Below the pieces are notes generated by a model. The model was not told the origin of the DNA. It worked only from the letters and a program-made list of their open reading frames with translations, and did no database searches. Shown here in pieces: positions 1-13,188 of a stretch of 39,262 bases of DNA. Location: the NCBI GenBank assembly GCA_032718475.1, contig JAUCBJ010002165.1, positions 1 through 39,262 of the forward strand. The letters are read 5' to 3'. This DNA comes from Nemertoderma westbladi (Eukaryota; Animalia; Xenacoelomorpha). Position 1 is the stretch's first letter. The number at the start of each line of letters is the position of its first letter. The translations under genes were made by a program, and so were the position numbers.

Positions 1-143
1 GCCGTTGTGTTTCCAATTTAAGTATATAATAACTCACCGGGACCATACATAACAAACAATTAAATAATCAATCTAACTAAGAAAACTTTAACGAGATTTA
101 CAAATTATTTGGCGGTAAATGAGATGATTTTATTCCATTTTAG

Positions 144-299
144 CTCCCACGGATCCGCCGTATCGCCAGAACTACAGGAGGGTTGACACCGGCGTTCCTC
201 AAGGATCCATTGAAATACATTAAGTACCTAAAATACGTCGCCAAACTCAACGGCCTCAGCTCGCTTGGCGCAGAATCAATTCCGAGATTTCATTTTAAG
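144..299 (+). CDS. Candidate internal coding exon of an unidentified gene (LPRIRRIARTTGG...IPRFHFK)
   Basis: Acceptor-like ccattttag|C at 143/144, donor AAG|gtaaaa at 299/300, 156 bp open in phase 0, higher GC than flanks. No homology recognised. Confidence 0.25.
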
Positions 300-849
300 G
301 TAAAATATGAAAACAGATGTACCGGTATGCAAAATTAGTATTTTCACTTATTTCCTTATAATGGTACTACTGTACAGTAGAATATTATTTCTATATTAAA
401 CCCGTCCAACTCTTCTCTAAGTAATTCATTGTGATTATACAGTAAGATGAACTTTGACTAATTTTATGGACTTACCGGGCTCGGCATGTGATCAGAATCC
501 TTCGGCAGTCCTGTACTTTTCACACAATCATGTGGAATGATGTCATCAAGATGTTATCATAAAATAAATCGGGTTAGGGTTTACACAGTCACTTTTATGC
601 ATATTTACCTCATTATGGGTATCATTGACATTTTTAGGCCTACTGTGTGTGTAGTGTGCTCTAAACAACGTAACCATGATTTAGTCTAATCCACGAAGTT
701 CTACCGGTACAATAGTCGCGAGTTATTGGAATAACAATGAGGATGTAAAGGCTAGAGTTCCGCCCGTCCCCCCAATTTTGCTAGCTCTGTTACCTTTTAC
801 GTAGTGTTTGTGTAAAGTGAAAAATTTCATAATAGTTTTTTTTCTAATT

Positions 850-1900
850 ATGATCTAGAACAAGTTACATTTTGTTCTAGAACATTTTTTACAAGTGGAA
901 AGTTTTTATTTTTTTTTATTTTTTTTATTTTTTATTAATTCAATAATGTTTATTTGTTTTGTTTATTAATTCATACATATTTAAAAAGTATCTGATTTAA
1001 TCAACAGGCTAGGTTGCTTTTATTTCTTTTATTATCTCCATGAATGGATTTCTTCCATCATTTATTTTACTCTTTTCAATTCCAGTTATTGTTTAGTGAC
1101 AATTTTTTACTTTGTAAGAAACAAAGTATTCTAGAATGTCAAAGTATTATATACTATTCTAGAACATAAATAAAATAAAAAATATAATGTTCTAGAACAT
1201 ATAGCTAGTTTTTTTTTAATTTTAAAATAGCTAGTAAATTAAAAAAAATATCCAATCTAATAAATATCTAATAAATAAGTAATATAAATAAATAATTTTT
1301 TTTGTATTACTAGCTATTTTAAATTTGAAAAATAACTAGCTATATGTTCTAGAACATTATATTACTTGTATTATTTATGCTCTAGAATAGTGTATAATAC
1401 ATATAATATTACATAAACAAAATAAAAAATAATAATGTTCTAAAACATAGAGCTAGTTTTTTTTAATTTTAAAATAGCTAGTAAATTTAACAAATAATAC
1501 AATTTGGTACCGGTAGATAAGTTTTTTTAATAATAATATAAATAAATAAATTTTTTTTATTACTAGCTATTTTAAATTTAAAAAATTACTAGCTATATGT
1601 TCTAGAACAATATTTTTTTTATTTTATTTTTGTTCTAGAATAGTGTATATTATATGTTTTTTGTTCTAGAACGCTTCACTGTTGCCATGGTAACAATGAT
1701 TTATGTTATAAATATGCAGTTCTATACGGAACTGTTACCAAAATAAAACTGCGCTTAAAAATAGCAAGTAAATTTTTTTAAAACACTAGCTAGACAAAGA
1801 ATAATAGCTACCATAAAAAATAAATATATTTTTTTGCCGCGGGATATGTTCTAGAACATTAATATATGTAAAAAAAACTGCTTAAAAATAGCTAGTAAAA
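850..1900. repeat. AT-rich foldback-like region of alternating direct/inverted blocks built on GTTCTAGAAC and TAGCTAG palindromes
   Basis: Block ~1150-1240 is the reverse complement of ~1305-1400, and the arrangement repeats at ~1420-1490 / ~1560-1650. TTCTAGAA occurs near 875, 1129, 1158, 1189, 1347, 1600, 1633, 1663 and 1848. Confidence 0.7.
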
Positions 1901-1964
1901 AAATCTGAATCTCTGGGGACGGCCGGAACTGTTGCCGATGTAAATGAGTATGGGCTTTCTACTT

Positions 1965-2522
1965 CTATTTAGTAAACAGCGCCCCAATACTAGCAGCAGC
2001 GTCAGAAACAATCTTTTGAAAAATCCCTTTTGTTTTTTCGTTTTCTGCCACCCAAACCTTGAATCCCGCCCATCCACCGTGCTCTTCCATCCATCCTTTG
2101 CAACCATTGATACATTCCGAGGTTTTGTTTACAACCAATGGGACGTGTTCATTGAATCCCTTCCGTATAAGCGCGATAGACATATGACCACTTAGGTGAA
2201 TGAGTGATGCTATTGCCCCCCAACTGATTTCGTTACTCAGCAGTTTTGATCCTATATCTCCTATCTGCTTTTCAACATCATCGGGCTGAATTTGGATCTT
2301 GTGCAGCATATTTTTGCACATATTCTCGAAATCCTTCCATCGTAACTTTTGCATCAAATCTCCTAGTTTTCGCATGGCTTTCGCTGATTCCGATGTTGCC
2401 AACAAGCTGAGTTTATGAAGCTCTGCTGGGACTTGGAGTTTGTTATTTTGCAGAGAGTGGACAACGTAATCGCCAACAATACTTTGTGTTGTTGTTAGAG
2501 GTTCCGATTCCGACTCTGCCAT
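1965..2522 (-). CDS. Bcl-2 family apoptosis regulator, 185 aa, single ORF
   Basis: BH4-like TQSIVGDYVVHSL, BH3-like AMRKLGDLMQ, BH1-like NEISWGAIASLIHLSG and BH2 GWMEEHGGWAGF occur in canonical order and spacing. Orthologue not assignable by eye. Confidence 0.88.
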   Translation of the reverse strand: MAESESEPLTTTQSIVGDYVVHSLQNNKLQVPAELHKLSLLATSESAKAMRKLGDLMQKLRWKDFENMCKNMLHKIQIQPDDVEKQIGDIGSKLLSNEISWGAIASLIHLSGHMSIALIRKGFNEHVPLVVNKTSECINGCKGWMEEHGGWAGFKVWVAENEKTKGIFQKIVSDAAASIGALFTK

Positions 2523-2740
2523 TATAAAAGTCTTCTCTAAAAAATTTCGTTATTTTTCAATCTAATCAGACTAAACATAAGGTATTAATTATTAGTTATC
2601 CGTGTGAGTCAGGCCTTCGTAATAAAGCCGACAAAGGGGGTCACACTTGTACGATATAGATCGCTCATTTTGGTGGTGTATTTTTTTACGAAGGAAGGAA
2701 ATATAAGCAGGTTCTAGAACAAATAGATGTTTCCCTGTTA

Positions 2741-2950
2741 GGCCGCGTTCACACTACCAAGTTAAAGTCAAATTCAAAATACAAATGTAAAACAAATCAC
2801 ATGAAATTTAATTTTTTCTAGAATGCCCTTCCCTTATGTATTACCCTTATGTATATTAGGCCTATATAATGTATTATTATTTATTATTGCTAGCTAGCTC
2901 TAGCTATATTTATTTTCTTTTGACTTTGACTCGGTAGTGTGAACGCGGCC
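2741..2950. mobile_element. PIF/Harbinger (Tourist-type) MITE, 210 bp
   Basis: Imperfect ~34-bp TIRs GGCCGCGTTCACACTACCAAGTTAAAGTCAAA / TTTGACTTTGACTCGGTAGTGTGAACGCGGCC; TTA direct repeats at 2738-2740 and 2951-2953 (TWA TSD typical of Harbinger). Confidence 0.85.
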
Positions 2951-3159
2951 TTAGAGGTGCAAACAACACGGAGGTGCAAGAAGTCCGTATTTCTGAACCT
3001 ACAGTATAGCAATTAACCTAGAACTTCAAAAAGTTATGCAAAACTCTTGATTGTTTAATGTTGGTTTAAGTTCTCCAGGACGAAGAATGGCTGAGCTGTC
3101 ATTTTTCTATTATTGTTGGAGACATAATATTGTTCATCCCCAGTATTATTTTATCAGAT

Positions 3160-3445
3160 TTTTTAAAATGGGTTTTCCGATATAAAATTTTATGGTGACT
3201 CCGAATCTGAGGTCAGTTTTTCGATAAGTTTTTTCGTTCTCGAGTTATGGCAACTTTTGAAATTTTCACCGCAAATTTGAAAATTTGTAACTTTGGTGCA
3301 GAACCACATTTGATACCAAAAAAGACCGTCAAACACCCCAAAATTTAAAAATATTTTGCTACTTTCGGAATCAGCGCCGAAAATTAGCCTATAGGTATCA
3401 AAACCGCAAAAGGAGATTGACCGCGCAAAAATTGTGTTGACAGAA
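3160..3445. mobile_element. Degenerate non-autonomous DNA transposon fragment (possibly Chapaev/CMC-like)
   Basis: Motifs gggttttc...tccgaatctgaggtcagtttt, ttcggaatcagc and a terminus-like aaaaattgtgttgaca resemble subterminal motifs of invertebrate DNA transposons. No TIR pair seen. Confidence 0.3.
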
Positions 3446-3690
3446 TTTTGAAATTTTATTAAAAAAAAAGTTACTTTATTTTTATCTTATAGTAGGCCTA
3501 ATTATATAGTTATTTATAGTTGGAATTATAATTTATCTTTAATTACTAAAAATAATAACTAATTTTAGTTAAGTAGGCCAACCTAAACCTAATACTGAAA
3601 TGGTAGGTAAATATAGTTGCCCAACTGGCATCACTGATAATAGTTTTGCATGGCTATATGTATCTAAAATATATAATTACTTTATTCCAG

Positions 3691-3858
3691 GCCCATGAAC
3701 TAATACCCGAGGGAGAAAGCATAATGGATGCCCAGAAATATAAAATGTTTAAATTTGAGAGCAAACACTTGAGACGAAGACCTCGAATAGTGGCGATGTT
3801 GAAACGACCACCCAGGTCTAAAACTGAAACAACAGTGAAGAAGAAAATTAAATCATGA
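3691..3858 (+). CDS. Candidate terminal exon (AHELIPEGES...VKKKIKS*), unidentified
   Basis: Acceptor tttattccag|G at 3690/3691 in phase 0, open to TGA, basic C-terminus. No homology recognised. Confidence 0.22.
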   Translation, partial: AHELIPEGESIMDAQKYKMFKFESKHLRRRPRIVAMLKRPPRSKTETTVKKKIKS

Positions 3859-4088
3859 TTTTAATCAAATCGCTTTTATAATTAGGCCTAACCATTAGTA
3901 CCAACCATTTAGAACTAACATAATAACTTAACATAATTAATTTTTTATGCAAATAATAATATACGGATAGACTAGTGAAACATTACGCAATGTAATATTT
4001 ACCACTCACTCCAAACTGCCAACGTTACGACCACAGACCCGTCCTTCCTAATTTCAATCATCGTATGAAATATTCTACAAGGTACACT

Positions 4089-7000
4089 GAGGACACAGTG
4101 GTTTTCAGACCCACAAATAGGATAGCGCTGTGACAGTTGAGTTACTGAAGGTGTTGCCCCGAGGACACAGTGGTTTTCAGACCCACAAATAGGATAGCGC
4201 TGTGACAGTTGAGTTACTGAAGGTATTGTCCCGAGGACACAGTGGTTTTCAGACCCACAAATAGGATAGCGCTGTGACAGTTGAGTTACTGAAGGTGTTG
4301 CCCCGAGGACACAGTGGTTTTCAGACCCACAATTAGGATAGCGCTGTGACAGTTGAGTTACTGAAGGTATTGTCCCGAGGACACAGTGGTTTTCAGACCC
4401 ACAAATAGGATAGCGCTGTGACAGTTGAGTTACTGAAGGTATTGTCCCGAGGACACAGTGGTTTTCAGACCCACAAATAGGATAGCGCTGTGACAGTTGA
4501 GTTACTGAAGGTATTGTCCCGAGGACACAGTGGTTTTCAGACCCACAAATAGGATAGCGCTGTGACAGTTGAGTTACTGAAGGTATTGTCCCGAGGACAC
4601 AGTGGTTTTCAGACCCACAAATAGGATAGCGCTGTGACAGTTGAGTTACTGAAGGTATTGTCCCGAGGACACAGTGGTTTTCAGACCCACAAATATGATA
4701 GAGCTGTGACAGTTGAGTTACTGAAGGTATTGTCCCGAGGACACAGTGGTTTTCAGACCCACAAATATGATAGAGCTGTGACAGTTGAGTTACTGAAGGT
4801 ATTGTCCCGAGGACACAGTGGTTTTCAGACCCACAAATAGGATAGCGCTGTGACAGTTGAGTTACTGAAGGTATTGTCCCGAGGACACAGTGGTTTTCAG
4901 ACCCACAATTAGGATAGCGCTGTGACAGTTGAGTTACTGAAGGTATTGTCCCGAGGACACAGTGGTTTTCAGACCCACAAATAGGATAGCGCTGTGACAG
5001 TTGAGTTACTGAAGGTATTGTCCCGAGGACACAGTGGTTTTCAGACCCACAAATAGGATAGCGCTGTGACAGTTGAGTTACTGAAGGTATTGTCCCGAGG
5101 ACACAGTGGTTTTCAGACCCACAAATAGGATAGCGCTGTGACAGTTGAGTTACTGAAGGTATTGTCCCGAGGACACAGTGGTTTTCAGACCCACAAATAG
5201 GATAGCGCTGTGACAGTTGAGTTACTGAAGGTATTGTCCCGAGGACACAGTGGTTTTCAGACCCACAAATAGGATAGCGCTGTGACAGTTGAGTTACTGA
5301 AGGTATTGTCCCGAGGACACAGTGGTTTTCAGACCCACAAATAGGATAGCGCTGTGACAGTTGAGTTACTGAAGGTATTGTCCCGAGGACACAGTGGTTT
5401 TCAGACCCACAAATAGGATAGCGCTGTGACAGTTGAGTTACTGAAGGTATTGTCCCGAGGACACAGTGGTTTTCAGACCCACAATTAGGATAGCGCTGTG
5501 ACAGTTGAGTTACTGAAGGTATTGTCCCGAGGACACAGTGGTTTTCAGACCCACAATTAGGATAGCGCTGTGACAGTTGAGTTACTGAAGGTATTGTCCC
5601 GAGGACACAGTGGTTTTCAGACCCACAAATAGGATAGCGCTGTGACAGTTGAGTTACTGAAGGTATTGTCCCGAGGACACAGTGGTTTTCAGACCCACAA
5701 ATAGGATAGCGCTGTGACAGTTGAGTTACTGAAGGTATTGTCCCGAGGACACAGTGGTTTTCAGACCCACAAATAGGATAGCGCTGTGACAGTTGAGTTA
5801 CTGAAGGTATTGTCCCGAGGACACAGTGGTTTTCAGACCCACAAATAGGATAGCGCTGTGACAGTTGAGTTACTGAAGGTATTGTCCCGAGGACACAGTG
5901 GTTTTCAGACCCACAAATAGGATAGCGCTGTGACAGTTGAGTTACTGAAGGTATTGTCCCGAGGACACAGTGGTTTTCAGACCCACAAATAGGATAGCGC
6001 TGTGACAGTTGAGTTACTGAAGGTATTGTCCCGAGGACACAGTGGTTTTCAGACCCACAAATAGGATAGCGCTGTGACAGTTGAGTTACTGAAGGTATTG
6101 TCCCGAGGACACAGTGGTTTTCAGACCCACAAATAGGATAGCGCTGTGACAGTTGAGTTACTGAAGGTATTGTCCCGAGGACACAGTGGTTTTCAGACCC
6201 ACAAATAGGATAGCGCTGTGACAGTTGAGTTACTGAAGGTATTGTCCCGAGGACACAGTGGTTTTCAGACCCACAAATAGGATAGCGCTGTGACAGTTGA
6301 GTTACTGAAGGTATTGTCCCGAGGACACAGTGGTTTTCAGACCCACAAATAGGATAGCGCTGTGACAGTTGAGTTACTGAAGGTATTGTCCCGAGGACAC
6401 AGTGGTTTTCAGACCCACAAATAGGATAGCGCTGTGACAGTTGAGTTACTGAAGGTATTGTCCCGAGGACACAGTGGTTTTCAGACCCACAAATAGGATA
6501 GCGCTGTGACAGTTGAGTTACTGAAGGTATTGTCCCGAGGACACAGTGGTTTTCAGACCCACAAATAGGATAGCGCTGTGACAGTTGAGTTACTGAAGGT
6601 ATTGTCCCGAGGACACAGTGGTTTTCAGACCCACAAATAGGATAGCGCTGTGACAGTTGAGTTACTGAAGGTATTGTCCCGAGGACACAGTGGTTTTCAG
6701 ACCCACAAATAGGATAGCGCTGTGACAGTTGAGTTACTGAAGGTATTGTCCCGAGGACACAGTGGTTTTCAGACCCACAAATAGGATAGCGCTGTGACAG
6801 TTGAGTTACTGAAGGTATTGTCCCGAGGACACAGTGGTTTTCAGACCCACAAATAGGATAGCGCTGTGACAGTTGAGTTACTGAAGGTATTGTCCCGAGG
6901 ACACAGTGGTTTTCAGACCCACAAATAGGATAGCGCTGTGACAGTTGAGTTACTGAAGGTATTGTCCCGAGGACACAGTGGTTTTCAGACCCACAAATAG

Positions 7001-10000
7001 GATAGCGCTGTGACAGTTGAGTTACTGAAGGTATTGTCCCGAGGACACAGTGGTTTTCAGACCCACAAATAGGATAGCGCTGTGACAGTTGAGTTACTGA
7101 AGGTATTGTCCCGAGGACACAGTGGTTTTCAGGCCCACAAATAGGATAGCGCTGTGACAGTTGAGTTACTGAAGGTATTGTCCCGAGGACACAGTGGTTT
7201 TCAGACCCACAAATAGGATAGCGCTGTGACAGTTGAGTTACTGAAGGTATTGTCCCGAGGACACAGTGGTTTTCAGACCCACAAATAGGATAGCGCTGTG
7301 ACAGTTGAGTTACTGAAGGTATTGTCCCGAGGACACAGTGGTTTTCAGACCCACAAATAGGATAGCGCTGTGACAGTTGAGTTACTGAAGGTATTGTCCC
7401 GAGGACACAGTGGTTTTCAGACCCACAAATAGGATAGCGCTGTGACAGTTGAGTTACTGAAGGTATTGTCCCGAGGACACAGTGGTTTTCAGGCCCACAA
7501 ATAGGATAGCGCTGTGACAGTTGAGTTACTGAAGGTATTGTCCCGAGGACACAGTGGTTTTCAGACCCACAAATAGGATAGCGCTGTGACAGTTGAGTTA
7601 CTGAAGGTATTGTCCCGAGGACACAGTGGTTTTCAGACCCACAAATAGGATAGCGCTGTGACAGTTGAGTTACTGAAGGTATTGTCCCGAGGACACAGTG
7701 GTTTTCAGGCCCACAAATAGGATAGCGCTGTGACAGTTGAGTTACTGAAGGTATTGTCCCGAGGACACAGTGGTTTTCAGACCCACAAATAGGATAGCGC
7801 TGTGACAGTTGAGTTACTGAAGGTATTGTCCCGAGGACACAGTGGTTTTCAGACCCACAAATAGGATAGCGCTGTGACAGTTGAGTTACTGAAGGTATTG
7901 TCCCGAGGACACAGTGGTTTTCAGACCCACAATTAGGATAGCGCTGTGACAGTTGAGTTACTGAAGGTATTGTCCCGAGGACACAGTGGTTTTCAGACCC
8001 ACAAATAGGATAGCGCTGTGACAGTTGAGTTACTGAAGGTATTGTCCCGAGGACACAGTGGTTTTCAGACCCACAAATAGGATAGCGCTGTGACAGTTGA
8101 GTTACTGAAGGTGTTGTCCCGAGGACACAGTGGTTTTCAGACCCACAATTAGGATAGCGCTGTGACAGTTGAGTTACTGAAGGTATTGTCCCGAGGACAC
8201 AGTGGTTTTCAGACCCACAAATAGGATAGCGCTGTGACAGTTGAGTTACTGAAGGTGTTGTCCCGAGGACACAGTGGTTTTCAGACCCACAAATAGGATA
8301 GCGCTGTGACAGTTGAGTTACTGAAGGTGTTGTCCCGAGGACACAGTGGTTTTCAGGCCCACAAATAGGATAGCGCTGTGGCAGTTGAGTTACTGAAGGT
8401 ATTGTCCCGAGGACACAGTGGTTTTCAGACCCACAAATAGGATAGCGCTGTGACAGTTGAGTTACTGAAGGTGTTGTCCCGAGGACACAGTGGTTTTCAG
8501 ACCCACAAATAGGATAGCGCTGTGACAGTTGAGTTACTGAAGGTATTGTCCCGAGGACACAGTGGTTTTCAGGCCCACAAATAGGATAGCGCTGTGGCAG
8601 TTGAGTTACTGAAGGTATTGTCCCGAGGACACAGTGGTTTTCAGACCCACAAATAGGATAGCGCTGTGACAGTTGAGTTACTGAAGGTGTTGTCCCGAGG
8701 ACACAGTGGTTTTCAGACCCACAATTAGGATAGCGCTGTGACAGTTGAGTTACTGAAGGTATTGTCCCGAGGACACAGTGGTTTTCAGACCCACAAATAG
8801 GATAGCGCTGTGACAGTTGAGTTACTGAAGGTATTGTCCCGAGGACACAGTGGTTTTCAGACCCACAAATAGGATAGCGCTGTGACAGTTGAGTTACTGA
8901 AGGTATTGTCCCGAGGACACAGTGGTTTTCAGACCCACAATTAGGATAGCGCTGTGACAGTTGAGTTACTGAAGGTATTGTCCCGAGGACACAGTGGTTT
9001 TCAGACCCACAATTAGGATAGCGCTGTGACAGTTGAGTTACTGAAGGTATTGTCCCGAGGACACAGTGGTTTTCAGACCCACAAATAGGATAGCGCTGTG
9101 ACAGTTGAGTTACTGAAGGTATTGTCCCGAGGACACAGTGGTTTTCAGACCCACAAATAGGATAGCGCTGTGACAGTTGAGTTACTGAAGGTATTGTCCC
9201 GAGGACACAGTGGTTTTCAGACCCACAAATAGGATAGCGCTGTGACAGTTGAGTTACTGAAGGTATTGTCCCGAGGACACAGTGGTTTTCAGACCCACAA
9301 ATAGGATAGCGCTGTGACAGTTGAGTTACTGAAGGTATTGTCCCGAGGACACAGTGGTTTTCAGACCCACAAATAGGATAGCGCTGTGACAGTTGAGTTA
9401 CTGAAGGTATTGTCCCGAGGACACAGTGGTTTTCAGACCCACAAATAGGATAGCGCTGTGACAGTTGAGTTACTGAAGGTATTGTCCCGAGGACCCAGTG
9501 GTTTTCAGACCCACAAATAGGATAGCGCTGTGACAGTTGAGTTACTGAAGGTATTGTCCCGAGGACACAGTGGTTTTCAGACCCACAAATAGGATAGCGC
9601 TGTGACAGTTGAGTTACTGAAGGTATTGTCCCGAGGACACAGTGGTTTTCAGACCCACAAATAGGATAGCGCTGTGACAGTTGAGTTACTGAAGGTATTG
9701 TCCCGAGGACACAGTGGTTTTCAGACCCACAAATAGGATAGCGCTGTGACAGTTGAGTTACTGAAGGTATTGTCCCGAGGACACAGTGGTTTTCAGACCC
9801 ACAAATAGGATAGCGCTGTGACAGTTGAGTTACTGAAGGTATTGTCCCGAGGACACAGTGGTTTTCAGACCCACAAATAGGATAGCGCTGTGACAGTTGA
9901 GTTACTGAAGGTGTTGCCCCGAGGACACAGTGGTTTTCAGACCCACAAATAGGATAGCGCTGTGACAGTTGAGTTACTGAAGGTATTGTCCCGAGGACAC

Positions 10001-11144
10001 AGTGGTTTTCAGGCCCACAAATAGGATAGAGCTGTGACAGTTGAGTTACTGAAGGTATTGTCCCGAGGACCCAGTGGTTTTCAGACCCACAAATAGGATA
10101 GCGCTGTGACAGTTGAGTTACTGAAGGTATTGTCCCGAGGACACAGTGGTTTTCAGGCCCACAAATAGGATAGCGCTGTGACAGTTGAGTTACTGAAGGT
10201 ATTGTCCCGAGGACACAGTGGTTTTCAGACCCACAAATAGGATAGCGCTGTGACAGTTGAGTTACTGAAGGTATTGTCCCGAGGACACAGTGGTTTTCAG
10301 ACCCACAAATAGGATAGCGCTGTGACAGTTGAGTTACTGAAGGTATTGTCCCGAGGACACAGTGGTTTTCAGACCCACAAATAGGATAGCGCTGTGACAG
10401 TTGAGTTACTGAAGGTATTGTCCCGAGGACACAGTGGTTTTCAGACCCACAAATAGGATAGCGCTGTGACAGTTGAGTTACTGAAGGTATTGTCCCGAGG
10501 ACACAGTGGTTTTGAGACCCACAAATAGGATAGCGCTGTGACAGTTGAGTTACTGAAGGTATTGTCCCGAGGACACAGTGGTTTTGAGACCCACAAATAG
10601 GATAGCGCTGTGACAGTTGAGTTACTGAAGGTATTGTCCCGAGGACACAGTGGTTTTCAGACCCACAATTAGGATAGCGCTGTGACAGTTGAGTTACTGA
10701 AGGTATTGTCCCGAGGACACAGTGGTTTTCAGACCCACAATTAGGATAGCGCTGTGACAGTTGAGTTACTGAAGGTATTGTCCCGAGGACACAGTGGTTT
10801 TCAGGCCCACAAATAGGATAGCGCTGTGACAGTTGAGTTACTGAAGGTATTGTCCCGAGGACACAGTGGTTTTCAGACCCACAATTAGGATAGCGCTGTG
10901 ACAGTTGAGTTACTGAAGGTATTGTCCCGAGGACACAGTGGTTTTCAGACCCACAATTAGGATAGCGCTGTGACAGTTGAGTTACTGAAGGTATTGTCCC
11001 GAGGACACAGTGGTTTTCAGACCCACAAATAGGATAGCGCTGTGACAGTTGAGTTACTGAAGGTATTGTCCCGAGGACACAGTGGTTTTCAGGCCCACAA
11101 ATAGGATAGCGCTGTGACAGTTGAGTTACTGAAGGTATTGTCCC
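4089..11144. repeat. Satellite array, 72-bp unit, 98 copies
   Basis: Unit GAGGACACAGTGGTTTTCAGACCCACAAATAGGATAGCGCTGTGACAGTTGAGTTACTGAAGGTATTGTCCC; 7056 bp = 98 x 72; only scattered point variants. Confidence 0.98.
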
Positions 11145-11742
11145 AAGTCTGGTCTAAGCCCATTTGTATATCTGGGGATATATCGCTGCACTTAAATTAT
11201 ATTAACAACATAACTAAACTAGGATACAAAAAATATATTTCTTAAATTGAACATTTTGGAGTTTTGGATATTTAAAAAAACACCGTCGAATCATAATAAT
11301 TAAGTACCTGTTATTTAATGCCATAACGAAAAATCATTAAATAAAAATATTACTTTCAAATTTAAATAAGTAATATTTGATTATTACCAGGGAGCTAAAT
11401 TTAAATAAAAATCAAATATCATTGAATGTTTTATTCTATCATTTAAATCATCATATGACTAGGACTATATCTATTAGGACTAGGGAGCTAAATTTACATT
11501 AAAGCATTTAATAATCGGTTGATGATATATTTTTAAAATCAGAAGTGCTAAGCTGCGATATAATCACCAAATGTACCCAATTTATCCGGGGAAAACTTTC
11601 CATTGTTTCGACTAAAACTGGATTGAAAGTATTAACCACAGATCCATCGGCTTGTGGACGTAAAGACTCATTACGGTTTATTTAAATACATAATTATTCC
11701 AACATGTATTGTCTTCTTTTGATTCGTTCAAATAATCAAGTT

Positions 11743-12470
11743 TATATTATGAGTTGCCATACATTACATTGCGGGGGTGTTTCCATATATTATGAGTTGC
11801 CATACATTACATTGCGGGGGTGTTTCCATATATTATGAGTTGCCATACATTACATTGCGGGGGTGTTTCCATATATTATGAGTTGCCATACATTACATTG
11901 CGGGGGTGTTTCCATATATTATGAGTTGCCATACATTACATTGCGGGGGTGTTTCCATATATTATGAGTTGCCATACATTACATTGCGGGGGTGTTTCCA
12001 TATATTATGAGTTGCCATACATTACATTGCGGGGGTGTTTCCATATATTATGAGTTGCCATACATTACATTGCGGGGGTGTTTCCATATATTATGAGTTG
12101 CCATACATTACATTGCGGGGGTGTTTCCATATATTATGAGTTGCCATACATTACATTGCGGGGGTGTTTCCATATATTATGAGTTGCCATACATTACATT
12201 GCGGGGGGTGTTTCCATATATTATGAGTTGCCATACATTACATTGCGGGGGTGTTTCCATATATTATGAGTTGCCATACATTACATTGCGGGGGTGTTTC
12301 CATATATTATGAGTTGCCATACATTACATTGCGGGGGTGTTTCCATATATTATGAGTTGCCATACATTACATTGCGGGGGTGTTTCCATATATTATGAGT
12401 TGCCATACATTACATTGCGGGGGTGTTTCCATATATTATGAGTTGCCATACATTACATTGCGGGGGTGTT
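11743..12470. repeat. Minisatellite, 43-bp unit, ~17 copies
   Basis: Unit TATATTATGAGTTGCCATACATTACATTGCGGGGGTGTTTCCA. Confidence 0.96.
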
Positions 12471-12723
12471 TTTGCCTTTGATCAAGGTGAAGTTATGAAA
12501 AATTATGGTGTGGTTCTGGCGATTGAGGGCACGATTTATTCGTTTGAATAATTAAACATGCTGAAACGTATTGCACGAAATGAACATAGTATGAGAAGTG
12601 AGAACTTTAACAAAGAACATTTTATATTTACAGAGTAAATATGAAATTTGTAACCTAATTTTACTGCATAGTATATAAACGGAAGACAATGGGATTAATT
12701 AAGCGCAATTAATAATGACGTAA

Positions 12724-13188
12724 TTATTCCTCACCCCTTTTATCTAAATTTCCGTGGGAATTTAACGAAACCTTTCGTTCTGATTCCAATTCCTTGGCGC
12801 GATCCCACAGCTGAGGGGTAAGTTCGTTGCGACATTCGCTGAGCGTAAGAAGTCGAGACACAACAAGATTATTACTAAAATCTTCGGCTGTCATAGAAAC
12901 TGGGTCGGTTTGTCTCGCAGCAACGAAATCCGCCTCTAAACTACCCGATAAGTCGGACATATGTAGGAATTGAGTTTCATACGAGTTACATAACTGCGAA
13001 CTTTATTGGCGAACATCCCCTGTAACTGAGACACGACCCCGTTGACTCGGTCGGAATACCCTAGTAACTCGTCTCGTGGTCTCAGATGAACCCTAAACTC
13101 GCAAGGAAGACAAGACTTACCCTCGGAGACAACGAGAACAGAAACTAATGAAGGGAACTCGATCTTATGGTAAGTAAAATCGTATTCC
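12724..13188 (-). pseudogene. MCMBP: MCMBP 3' fragment, truncated and frameshifted
   Basis: Matches 16361-16826. Has a 1-bp deletion (catatgtagg vs catactgtagg at ~12961) and breaks off at 13188. Confidence 0.92.

Larger units (their letters stand above)
11145..13188. repeat. Segmental duplication copy of 15437-16826 (spacer, 43-bp array, MCMBP 3' end)
   Basis: Both copies start aagtctggtctaagcccatttgta directly after a 72-bp array and are near-identical apart from 43-bp copy number, a ~53-bp indel near 12641-12693 and a few substitutions. Confidence 0.95.

Noticed and set aside
4089-11144. CRISPR array interpretation of the tandem repeats
   Set aside because: Units are contiguous and near-identical with no unique spacers; no cas genes; eukaryotic context.
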